Origin: Fimbriosthenelais zetlandica
Taxonomy: Eukaryota
Assembly: GCA_977030845.1 (NCBI GenBank)
Contig: OZ365114.1
Span: 14,694,001 to 14,758,000, forward strand
Length of the DNA: 64,000 nucleotides
Direction: 5' to 3'
Shown here: positions 12,291 through 24,474 of the stretch, piece by piece
Layout of the letters: each line of letters starts with the position of its first letter
Numbering within the stretch: the stretch's first letter is position 1
Made by a program: the position numbers and the translations under genes
Notes under the pieces: model-generated
The model's database searches: none
Told to the model about the DNA's origin: nothing
What the model saw: only the letters and a program-made list of their open reading frames with translations

Positions 12291-13319
12291 GGACTCAGAT
12301 ATAGAGTCATAACAACTAGCCCTGCAACAAGCACATATCTCGCAGACGCGCAAAATATCATTCCCAGCAGAGACATAAATTTGGTTTAGTCTTCACACAA
12401 ACGCCAGATATGCCTGATGGGATTAAAAGAGGAAGGATATCGGCTTACCCGCCATTGAGCCTGTAAATTACTCCTGCATCCATTATACCTTTGATTCAAT
12501 CAAAAGCCATTTTAGCTTTTCTGCTCCCTTTCAAATTACATCTGAACGAATTCTTTTTCAGCGCGCCTCGGTCCTTTAGGAATACATTTACAATGTTGTC
12601 TGTTATTTAAGTCGCGATCCACATTTATCAAGTTACCGCCGATTGCAGGAGGGAATTCTTATAACTATTTCTCATTTATATTATGGCCATGTTTCCAAAC
12701 AATGCAAGAGGTCACAGAAGTTATTAACGGGGCAAAATATTAAACATAAAAGCATGAAGCGTATCAGTGGGGAGTGCGCATATCCTTGAAGGTCAAGAGG
12801 GAGGGATAAAGATGGCATATTTTTATGTCCTGCATGGTCAATGCATTAGCTCGGCAGAGTTACATTAGTATTTTACATTGACATAAACATTGCCAATGAC
12901 TCCAGTATACAATCTTCTGTCTGACTATCTGTGAGCCGTAAAGACGAGTAAGTATCGCTTGGCGACCCTAAAATCTTATTCCATATTCCATTAAGGTATA
13001 GATTGCCCAGGCAAATAGCGATCCATAGGATAACCTTGTTCTACCGATACACATCTACATTAGCCCATCTGACATTCAAGCCGTTTTATTCCGATAGGAA
13101 CGGGACCTGGGTCTCGAAGACAGAAGTATAAACCGATTGTCTGGGACCCTTTTCTATATAAGGGTCAGATAGTCTTGCTATAGTTGCATAGGTGATTACC
13201 TTCGCACCCATCATGCAGTTTCATGCTTTCACAAACAGATAATGCGTTTACGATTTCAACGACGGCGAAATTCATGAAGGATTTTCTTATAGATGTTCCA
13301 GTTCTTCAACACTGCAGAA

Positions 13320-13650
13320 ATACCCTATCCACAGGACTGTAACATAGGGTTTCTTTGGTCAGTGCCTTAGTAGAGGCTCCTTGAGAGAAATGTACTGGGT
13401 AAGGAAGAGATATGGCTCTGTGGGCTATGGGTCAGTGGCTAAGAGGGCCCTGCAGCATGAAAACCATTTGTGAAAGGAGGATAGGAACATTGTTCAAGGC
13501 CAAGGACCAACCTAAATGTGTCTAGATAGGATCCACAGGATGAGACTGCCTTTAATCTGGCTGAATCTGAAGGAAGCCTGGCTTAGTAGGGGGTTGAGAT
13601 AATGTTAATTGATTAAGGTGGGGGTCTGAAGTGGGTCGGGGGCTTATAAG
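13320..13650 (-). mobile_element. Possible DIRS-like tyrosine recombinase relic
   Basis: Stop-riddled frame with SFRFSQI, CCRALL, YLFL and KKP, loosely like R.SEL, CPVRAL, LF and KP of DIRS recombinases. Weak. Confidence 0.2.
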
Positions 13651-16499
13651 GAGTTTCAGGTCAAAACCCTGGGATTATCATCATGCCTATGTTGGGAAAA
13701 ATGAAAAAGATTTTATGTTGTCAGAAACGGAGGATGAAGTACAGATCAATAAAAGGAAACTGATACGCGAAATATATAGTTAGGCTAGTTATGAAAAACT
13801 GCCCCAAAAATTAGTGGGGTATGCTAAAGTGCCTTCCATTCTCTGCGACTGTAAGGAACTGGTTTTCTTTTTTGAACTGGCAAAATTGGCCTTTGAGTTT
13901 GAGCGATAAGAGATTTAAAAGGGCAGGCTTCGAAAAGGTTTCCAATCATCTTATTTCACAAAACCCATTTGAGAAAAATAAAAGAAAGCGGACAGGAAAA
14001 ATCCTCATCTTGGCGTTCTGATCAACTGAAAGCTGCTGCTACTGCTTAAAAGATTTTAAAAAAAATATCCATTTTTCATTATCGTTCATGGGCTTTTTCA
14101 GACTATGGCTTAGCTGGCCCATTGTACTTGGGGTCAGTAAATTACCACTTTTTCCACGGCCATTTTGAAGTTTTGATGAAAATGCAAGAGGCATGTCATT
14201 TCATGACCTTTCTTTTCAAATACACGTAAGGCTTAATCATTGCTGTAACACTCGCAATTAAATCAAAATTAGTTCAGATGGTCTTAATTTAAGATCGAGA
14301 GCTTCTTATTCGTCTGCCCATTGTTCATGAGGTTCAGCAATATGCCAAAAAAAGGACAAGCGATGAAAACTTGGGTAAAACGTCATACCTGGTGAAATGA
14401 TGTATAGCTGGTGCCAAACTGAGACCTGCAAGGTCACCAGAGAAAAAGGTCACAGAGGGGTCATTTCCACAGGGCCTGGGATAGCCGTGAGCCATCTGAC
14501 AGCTAATCCAGGGTGTGTGGATCAAAGAGTGGACTAAGGCCAGCCTTAGGCCAGTGAGGTTCCCCCCAACAATAACCTTCCTAAGCCTCGGGGATGGCAT
14601 GGGTGATGGTACACAAACGCAAGCCCCATGAGTCAGTGCTTGGAACTTCACACTCTGAGACAGTTGTCAGCCTCATAGGTCACCACTAATACACTTTCCA
14701 CTTTTTCTTCATGTAATTAGTGCTTCTTTTCCTGACCTTATCCCCCCTTGCTTTTTCACTTCTGTTCATAAGAATGTTCAGTGCCAAGCATGTCCTTTTT
14801 CTAGTTCTTTTCCAAAGACAATTAGTGCTTTTAATTAGAAATCTGGAATGGAAACCTCACCACCTATACATTCAGGAAATATGACCCCTTCAAAGGAACA
14901 TTCTTTTACGAAAGAACAAATAGGAATTTAGAGTGCATTTGTTAAGATGAAGTCTTTGGCATCGAACATCTACAAAAAATCATTATTATAGAAGTTAAGG
15001 ACCTCCTTTTTCAATTAAGCTTTTCATGACGATTCCGGGAAGAATAATGATACGGGAGACGCATGCCAACATTCATGTACATAATAGGTCAAACAATTAT
15101 GAGAGTTCCCATGGGAGAATACATGCGTTAGTAGCTTGAAATAGCCATCCATCTGGCTTAGCTACCCGAACATTAATGACCATGGCTTAACTACCTTCGT
15201 TATGAGTGCGTCCAAGATGAAAAGTAACTGCCTTTGGTTGATAAACAAGATCATAGATGTCAATATTCCTACTTAATTGATGTTTGTCAATTGATGTCAA
15301 GACTCTTCTTGAAGATATGAGTCATGGGAGTGACTGTTATCAGGCTTTGTTCTAAAGGAAGGATGAAGGCCAGCACCCTGGGGGGTTGAGCGATCAGATG
15401 GGAGAAGTCTGGCACCATTTGTGGCACCAGTGGTGGCATAAATGGTGGCACCACATGTTGACCGGACCAGCCTGCTTTGGCATGCAGCATGTGCAATACA
15501 CGCGCCAAATGCTGCCCTGGCATGCATCCGTCCACCTTCCAAAAACAAGCCTTTTGTGGTTCTTGTCAGTGGAAATATTGATTGAAATCCTTATCGCCTC
15601 GCGACAGAAAAAACGCTCTCGGCCTTTTTCTAATCGCTTTTTGAAGGAATAAATATTGTTGGAGTTAATCATGCGATCTTCAAGATAATGCAGAGTAAAC
15701 TAATAGAAGCACAAGGACAAATGTCTTCCGGATTTTGAAGGTCATGCATCTTTTATATATGGACAAATGGTGAAAGAATATATATATGATCCATCATTTC
15801 AGTTTCAGTTTCCATCTTAGTGAAAGTGTCACGTTTTCTCCGGAGTATTTTCTCTCGCAGCCTGTAATTCCACGAGGGAAGATAGATGTATACACCACAG
15901 TCTTCCCGCGAATTTAAAACGAAGACATTTTGATACAGAGAAACTAAAGACCATGTGTCATGCATTTGTCCCATTCCCAGATACAGAATCATATCAACTT
16001 TCCACATAGGAAAGAACAACTGGTACCATCTTTGATAATTTACCGACTGCTCTACAGTATTGAAACGAGATAGTGGCACGCAAGAGGACAGATCCTAGCA
16101 TTTAGAATTAAAAAAACATATATGGTACAATGTGAGAAAGGGAGCATAATGTATAAAGCACCACTTAATGGGTTATCAGCAGATGATCTTGCTTCATATT
16201 ACATTTGTATTAACTATGTGATCGGGCTTTAGCTCTCAATGTATATCCCCATAAAACGTATATACACCACAGAGAAACACATTGAAGCCTTCAAAGACAG
16301 CTCTCACAGTACAAAGCCGAAATATAGGTAATGATTACCCTCAGCAGCCGAGCTAATCCTCCCATATCTTGAATAAGAATCCAATTAGTGGAATATGTGC
16401 ATGGAAGGGGAAGTGCTCATGAGTCGGTGGTGTAGCTATTGAGAGTTGCTAGATGGCATGCTCGTTTTCATTCAGGAAAACTGGCTTCCAACAACTGTA

Positions 16500-16990
16500 T
16501 TAGGCACGCGGCTCGGGCCGGGGCGTGTAGCGCTGACGTGACATGACTGAAGCATGCTTGGTGGTCCGTGGAAAAACGCCAGCTTTAAGGTACTGGGTAT
16601 TCACCGCCATTCAGCCTATAGTCCACCGGTGGAACAAACCAGAATACTGGCTGGATTAACATGAAATACGAGAGATGATATGGGTTATTGCAAGGCGAAA
16701 AGAGGCTTTTATCATGCATCGGGTTTGGAAACGTTAATAAGCTGTCCCAGAAATGCATGGTATGGGTGGGAATTTTGGAGTTTTTATTGGATTTAAAGGT
16801 TTGCACGATTGCGGAGGTGATGGAGCAGGCAAGGATTCAGCTATTGAGGATTTAATTATAAAGTCAAATAAATCCCGAAGTTTAAAGCTGTTTTGGGTAG
16901 AGCAAGTCAGTTAGTTGATTGCAAGAAATACGTGCCACTTGGTGGGAATTTCTCCAGGTAGGGCCTGGTTTCCATGGCAACTAGTTATCC
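16500..16990. promoter_or_regulatory. Promoter-like island with perfect RFX X-box
   Basis: CpG-rich stretch 16503-16545 with GGGGCGTG (KLF/SP-like) and TGACGT (CRE half-site); GTTTCCATGGCAAC at 16968-16981. Confidence 0.45.
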
Positions 16991-17158
16991 CGGCTGATGA
17001 ACCACACGACCCTACTGGACCCTGCTGTGTACTATTTGTCCTCAGCAAACAAATCTGATCGCCTCGATGGGTCAGACTCCCCAATTCCTTCTCGTCCCTC
17101 TTGGAAGGTTACACGTCGTGCTTAAGTAATCATCCCGTTAACCTTCTTCCTCCAACAG

Positions 17159-17161
17159 ATC
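17159..17161 (+). other. Candidate 3-nt microexon (ATC), or acceptor of a longer exon
   Basis: ccttcttcctccaacAG|ATC|GTAAGC: strong polypyrimidine acceptor and consensus donor only 3 nt apart. Confidence 0.3.
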
Positions 17162-17344
17162 GTAAGCCCAGACTCAAACGTTATCAATGAGAAAGAGAAG
17201 AAGAGGACGAAAAGTTAGCTGAAACACTTTGCCTGTTGACCTAAAGTCTCAAGTGCAATCCTGCAAAACTGAACAACAAACAAAGCTTGTAAATATGCCT
17301 CGGCTGACGGGCGGGATGAGGTTGCAGAGTTTGCGGCGATTTGA

Positions 17345-17373
17345 GATGGATGGATTGATGGATGGATGGATGA
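17345..17373 (+). repeat. Imperfect (GATG)n microsatellite
   Basis: gatggatggattgatggatggatggatga. Confidence 0.85.
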
Positions 17374-17489
17374 TTGGTGATTTTAGAATTAGTCAGCAGT
17401 GTCCACTGAAGAGATTGACGTGTGAATATTTGGACGACATTGAGATCTGCATGGGATGTGTGGTTGAGTAAGCAATTCCCACTCACACC

Positions 17490-17770
17490 CTATAGCCATC
17501 CCTCCCGGGTTGAGATCTTGTGTAAACCACAGAGGTTTATCTTTCGATCTCCCTGATGGAGTGCTTGGAGATTATAACCAAGACCCACAATGTTCTGTGC
17601 ACATTCGGGTAATTGTGGGTATAATCTTTGCAACATAGCAGTAAAAGTCCATGAGGTCAATTTGCGATAACAAACTATGTATATATAGGAAAATTCCGCA
17701 AAAGGGAGCAATGGTACATCTAATATACTGGAAATTGACGATTCGGTCCATGGGTTTAATGGCATTATGT
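17490..17770 (-). mobile_element. Ty3/Gypsy integrase core relic
   Basis: PLNPWTESSISSILDVPLLP..FSYIYIV (cf. P..PW.DISMDFI..LP...ILVV) and QNIVGLG...QGDR (cf. IV.LHG.P..IVSDR). Confidence 0.5.
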
Positions 17771-18637
17771 AGACTGAATAAGGAACATATTCATCTGGAA
17801 TAAACGAATAAACTATGAAGGTTTCGTTCTTGAAGCCTTGACAGGTGTCTCAGTTCCCAGACCTTTAAAAAATCTCTCATAAAGCCTGTAATAAAAATGG
17901 TCTCCTCCGATTCCTTTCTACACATTTCCCCTATTTCAATATTAAATTCTTACTACACACTCATAATTGAAGAAACAAAAGAAAGTTAGTGAAAGTCTCA
18001 ACCGAGAACTGTGAGTCATAGTTTTTCTTTCTTTCCGAGTTAGCAAAAAAACAGTTTGACATAGAAGCATTATCGCGGAAAGAGAATAGCATATCTCTCT
18101 GGCACATGAAGGGAAGTCCACTTCCGAAAGCAATGTCTCATATTACAGAGTATAGAGCGAAAGGAAACTGTGGAAAAGCCCAAGTGCCCAGGTACACTGA
18201 CGGCTCCGTTTATTGTAACTTGACTGAGTTAAACTTAATATAAATCACATTGCGAAAGAAAAAAACAATGATCAATTTAGTTCCATTGACCTCTTACAGT
18301 CTTCATTCTTCGTAGAAACTATATTTAGTATACCATGATAACTGGTATGTGTCACTCTTTTGCGGATTCTCTAGAATGATGTGAATCTATTTAATCTAAT
18401 TATGAAGTAAGTGATCCGATTTGGAGGCTAATAAAACTACAATAATGCCCTACATATCAAGACCATTCCCATATACTACATGTACTACTATAGTAGCGGT
18501 AGTAGTACAGCAAAACATACACAATAGGCCCATCTTCACCAGGGTCCACTCACTCAGCAAGTGTGTATGTTAACGGCTACACCGTACAGCAGCAATTATT
18601 TCAGACAATTAATATCCAAATAATGAGATTTACCAAC

Positions 18638-18675
18638 CTGTGAGTCGTATCGTTCGTCCCGATCGGCCGGACCAC
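18638..18675 (-). CDS. Candidate 38-nt mini-exon (G)GPADRDERYDSQ
   Basis: tctttgcag|GTGGTCC...TCACAG|gttggt. CpG-rich relative to its flanks and open in phase 1. A plus-strand donor-like GTGAGT overlaps it, so the call is ambiguous. Confidence 0.2.
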
Positions 18676-21600
18676 CTGCAAAGATTAGTCATGATGAGTA
18701 TCATTTCAGATCCATTACATGATTAGCAGATGACAATGACAAACGTTGGTGCGACATCCAATTAGGAAAGAACATTGCTCAGCTTGAATATTTAAGGGAC
18801 ATGTGGAAGTGTAAGCTTGATAAGAGACAATTTTTATTCCCTTCTCAAACGTCAAAGACTTTTATCAGTATGGTGCGCATATATGTGATCGTTAAACGAA
18901 TAAGATAATGGTGTTAAGTTTCTGATAGCATGAATTATTCATACGCTAAGTATTGTAATTGTAGCAACATTGTATAAGGGGATTATTTTTAGACTCTGGG
19001 TAGATATAAATTTTATATGTAGGCTAATACAGCAACTGGCGATGTATGTGCTGATATTTGCCATTAAAAGTGTCGTTAAAATTACCCCCACAAAGCCCTC
19101 GTCTGAGCCCTCATCATTGCATTCTGCAAGCTATTTCAGAGTTTTTCTCTGCTACTACAGTCCTCACAGCGATGGAAGGAACTCCCATTACTCCCATTAC
19201 TGTGTTATATAATGTAAAATCGTGGAATGAATCAAACTAATAATAACATTGTTGTACTGTCCACAATTCATGATTATACCATCTTCTGAGACTGGTCCAA
19301 AACGGGAACGTCTGCTTGTCTAGACCATACTTGATTATCCATTTTATGAATATTTATGCACCATTATAATCTGCAGAGGTTCTGGTTTCTAAGTCTTGTA
19401 TCCATGAACTGGTATTTTCTGCTTCATTAACCCTTTCCCTTCTGCATGCATCATACCTTTTTCCTCGTTGACCCCTTCTGGTCCCTTTCAATTTCATTAA
19501 TGGCATAATCTGTCTTCATTTTGCTCTTGGCTAATGAATCAATGCTTTTTGGCTGCTGACCCAAACACCTGAACCTAATTAAGCACATCATTATCTCAAC
19601 TACCGACATATACTGGCGACTGAGGCGGGCTTCCCTTGATTCATCCCTCGCCATCTTTCCCATCAATATACCACCTTGCCTTTTCAACAAAAAACAATGA
19701 AATATTTGGCTTGATTGTACCTCTTTGTCCCTGCAAAATGCATGGGTTATTTCCGTAAATATATATGGTATTCACACAAAATGGAATGGCAGGCTTTACT
19801 GCAAGGACCCGTGGTACTTGCCCTAAGAACGGATTATTGTCAACCCAAAGTCATATTGGGCTAATGTAGACTTCCACTGAGGAACTATACAATATCACCT
19901 AAACTGCTCCCATAAACTGTGTCTGTGATAAAAATAGCGAGATAAATTTAGGGTAAGTGAATTAAGTGGTCTGGAGTGTATCATATGAGAGGTAACTATA
20001 ACAGATTAAGATCGAATGCTTTATGGATACGTGATCTGGGCACGGGGGAAAAACAGGCAATTTTTCATGAGGTTCCTGTCTTCTTATATGTCTGAGCTGT
20101 TATATTGTCACCCCGTAACCTTTTTTAATATCCATGGACTTGATTAGTTGTGTAGGAGCGAACCTCAGGCCCGCGATCGAGTGTAGGCAATAGATCTTGA
20201 GGTATGTACTTGAGGTTCGCCACAATGAGTTATTGGAGAGAGATCCATCTCCGTCCACACAACCTTGTCATTTGCTTCCCCTACACAATGTTTGCCTTAT
20301 GTCGATTGCAGGTTTATGATTAAAGGACCAAAAGAAGCTAGTGCCTTATAAATCTGACCTCTGGGACGATTCATTGGCAATATGAGGATATATATGACGT
20401 AGCTATACATAGCGTTAGTCACAGCAGAATATTCAAGATACAACTTTGTCCAACAGGTTTTGACCTTCAGAATTCAAGGGCAAACTGGTGCTTGGCAGAC
20501 GATCGCAAAGTGAAAAACTCCATACACTTACAGACAGTTAAGAGTCGAACATTAGCTCAGTACGGGAGTTGTTCCTCCATCTTATGATGGATGGGACTGT
20601 CAACACTATATTCACGGAATAAGAAACAACCACCCCCACCCCCACACAGCCAGGGGGCTTGGTCAAGGATGCGAGGCTAGGTGGAAAATAAAGTAGCGAG
20701 GGATGGCCACCCGACATTCCCCTAAGACAATTACAAGCATGAGCGATGGCAATACAAGACCGAACTAATATTTGGAGCATGGCCAAAATCTGATCAATCA
20801 TAAAATGAAAGCTTGGAGTATGGAAGGAGGCTAAAAGTCATCACACCGTGTTCTACTGTTGAAAAAAATAATACTATTTCTAGAAAAGGGAATGATAAAG
20901 TATTATCTTTTCGATTGTTGCACATGTATATACATTAATTATTGTAGTGAGGGATATACTAAATCAGACTTAATAAATCGTTTACTAGCCTCAACTTAGT
21001 GAATCGTCTTTTGTGCCTTTGGCAAATACACGGATAAAATCTATATACTATAATACTGGTTAACAAATCTTGCAGAATTTAAAAAAAAAAGAGATTCTCT
21101 TGTGTGATAGAACATACAATGAACGTTACCACAAAAAGAAACTTTACACACAAAAAGTTACAAGGGATGAGATATGCCAGTCTCTGCTGTAAAGAAAAAC
21201 TGTGTATATGACAATAGACTTTGTTTATCTTTCCACTTAAATGCTGTCTGATGACCAAAAGCTTTGTGCTGAAACATGAGCTTCAGTCAGGCTTGAGCTG
21301 GCCATATATGGCCTGAAAGTAACTCATATAGGAAACTAGACTTCATACTATGACGGAAAGACACAATACACACATAAAAAGTGCAAGTGTTAAATCTCCT
21401 TGTATTTGGTTTCTCAGTCTCAGTCTGTAGCTCTGAGATAGTCGCGCATTTCCGGTAATTAGCCTACTACAGTTTACATAGAGAAAACCCCGATTCTGAT
21501 GCCAGAAATCAATTTTCCAGGTATTTCTACCCTTAAAGATATGTGACTATAGTGAAAGATAAATCATAATATCGTTTCCATTAAACTATTGATCAATTCT

Positions 21601-21849
21601 CTCTGCCGTTCGCATGGTGAATACAATCTGTGGCCCTACTACATCCACTTAAAGTGTAATTTGTGGACATTATTTACATGGTGAAAATAATCAATAGCCT
21701 CCCGAAATTGATGAAGCACATCTCGAGCACAACTCAATTTGCAGATCTCAATGTTTGATAACTTTCTCTCACATTACTGACTGATGCATGTGAGGGATGA
21801 TGACTACCAATGGTAATAACATCATTTCAACAAACGCGTCTGCCCACCC

Positions 21850-22680
21850 CTCCTATCTCAATGTCCAGACAGGGAGATATCAGATTTCATACCCAAATGC
21901 AGAGCCTTCATAACTTAATCCAATGACCATTTTCGGCAGCGACATAAAAGAGGACTCTTTGACTTCCATAATCATTCAGAGGTGGCAAATAGGTGGCTGT
22001 CATTTGTTGACTCAGTTTATTCAACTTAGTACATAGGAATTTGACCAGCATGTCTATTAAATTATATTATAATTATTTGTTGAATAGCAGAAACGCCATA
22101 ATATTTGGATACTTTACATGGGCTTATTTCAGCGAACCAATTGCCCCTCAATTACCCATAGACTTCCCATTGCCAATTGCCAACAGACCCCATGGACAAG
22201 ATGGCTGAAATGTGACGGTATTTTGTAAATGATAGCTAAGTAAGAGACAAATGTGATTTCAGTGTATTCCATTTTTTTCATTTTCTGTGAGTACCACATG
22301 GGAAATAGCTCATCGTTCTTCGGGAATAATCCTTCCCGCACCATCCCCATCCCCATCAAAACTATCTTCTTTGAAGGTTGGATTGTGTGAATCATATCCA
22401 ATATGTCACATGTATTCGTCTGTGACCTTTCACGACAGTGGTTTGTCATTCAATATCTGTAGATGTATGTGGAATAAGATGATCGTCTGATGTGTAATGA
22501 ACGTTATCACATGCCTTTGAAGTTTACCAGTTCATACGGTACATGAATATAGTCTAGTGATGGTGTGCCCAGATGGTATTCTAGGCATAACCCTGGTTTT
22601 TGGATGTTCTCTTTGTCTGCCTTCAAGAAGCAAAACATTGCTATGCTTCTTTTGGTCTCACAGGGATTCGCTACATCAAA
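21850..22680 (-). mobile_element. L1/Tx1-like AP endonuclease relic
   Basis: NPCETKRSIAMFCFLKADKENIQ (cf. NG....KR..LF..LK..K.DI..LQET), NHCRER...KKIVLMG (cf. PN...ER...IVLGGDFN), NDELFPMW, then DSHL (cf. SDH). Confidence 0.5.
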
Positions 22681-24255
22681 CTTTCAAAATACCGACTAGA
22701 CATCTATAAAATATACAGTAAATTGACAGTGGGGTTATGAATTGTTGGTGGGAATATGAGGGCATTTAGACGAACCACATGTGGTGTTTTTTATTATGCT
22801 GTCTAGTATAAGAACAAAAGGTTTGCTGCCAACGGAAGAAATGGTCTTTCTATTTGTGAAAGAATTGGGTGAGTAGCTGATGGGATACATCCCCGATTGT
22901 CAACAGAGAAGCTACCTTGTTCCAGCTGTTCTGCCTCTGTAGCCTTCAAAACAAGAGATTAACCATTGTTGAGAACGGCTTACTGGCTTATGTGCTGCAG
23001 TGATAAGCAAGGGAATCAAAATAAGCCCGCTTTGGGGAGGGGACGTAATTTCTTATGACAAATATGTACCTCAACATGCTTAGGAAAGAGAGGGTCTGTC
23101 TCACATGGCAAGTATATCGGTTAATGTGGTGTTTCTTTCTTTATAAACATGCCCCGGGTTGCCTGTACATCATGAAATATATGGCATAATCCTGAGGGAA
23201 CATTGTGTCCATAATCCATGGGAGTCCACATTGATTCACTGTTCAGCAGTTGGACATACTGATATAGACTATACCTTTTGTTTCTTTTGAATAGAAAATG
23301 CTGCATAAGAGAATTAAGTATCACCTAAGTGATTAAATGTCCACACCTGAACTTGACCCCGATGCTATAAATTGTGTTTAAATTCGAGGTGCATGCATGA
23401 AGAGCCATGGAAGAATGAATGGAATATTAAGCATTATTCCCCCTGGCAAGGCTTTTTAGATTTATAAACAGATAAGGCACATTGTATAGTGGGATGACAG
23501 TCAATGATGGATCATTCTGTCCCCCTCCCTTATCGCCATGTGATAGCTACAAGAATGGTATTGATAGATTTTTGAGATTCCAATGGCAAGCCTGCCCAGC
23601 CACATTTAAAACCTGCACTGTCCGTGCCTCATTGCTTAATGTTGCATGAAATCCGAGAGCCATACTGCTGGAAGAGACTTGGCTTTTGCGTGTCGGAAAA
23701 AACGCCCGGAGGCTGGCAGAGTTGAGGGATTGGAATGCATACCTCAATTTGTACGCCATCATGAGATGGCATATAGAAACATGGTTAAATTGAATCCATG
23801 AAATCAAAACACTCTGAATGACGTTGACAGTGAAGAATGATTTGACAGGCTGGGTGCATTTTGACAAAGTGGAGCAGTACATCATGCCTGAGTAGTATGA
23901 AAAAGTTTGAGGAACACCATAAATTTTGCGGAAATTTTGAAAGAGACTACATGAGGTACTTTACACGATAAGGCTCCTTTAAATCTGAACGGCTTATTTT
24001 CTCAGAAACCTCAAGTCAGACTAGAGGAAACATCCCACAACGTGTTCGGAATAAGCTATAGAACGCAAACATACATCCTTCCTGCATTCTGACCCGACTA
24101 TATATACCAAATGCCTCGGCACCTCTGGTCGTTTTCCACCACAGAATTTAATGTGTAAATTTAACATAGCATGTTGACACCTGAGTCACACAGTCTATTT
24201 AAACCCTATAGGGAAATCATCTCCGGTGCTGCTCTCTTTGTCCTCTGACAAAACT

Positions 24256-24474
24256 TTAAATGTGTGAGCATGCGCCATAGTGATGTGACGACAGCGTGTC
24301 TGCCCTAATGTCAATATGACAGAGTAAGTTTAGATGGTCGTAGCACCAAACATCGACTTGCCCACTTCTTGGTTTTATCCTATTTTTTAAAAATACAAAT
24401 ATAGGAGTGATTTCCCCCTCACCGGGCAACCTTGTTATACATCTCTGAAAGAGATGTGCCAGATATGTGAACAA
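24256..24474 (-). mobile_element. LINE (CR1/L2-like) RT N-terminal relic
   Basis: LAHLFQRCITRLPGEGEITPIF resembles L..LFN.C...P..W....ITPIFK. Confidence 0.35.
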
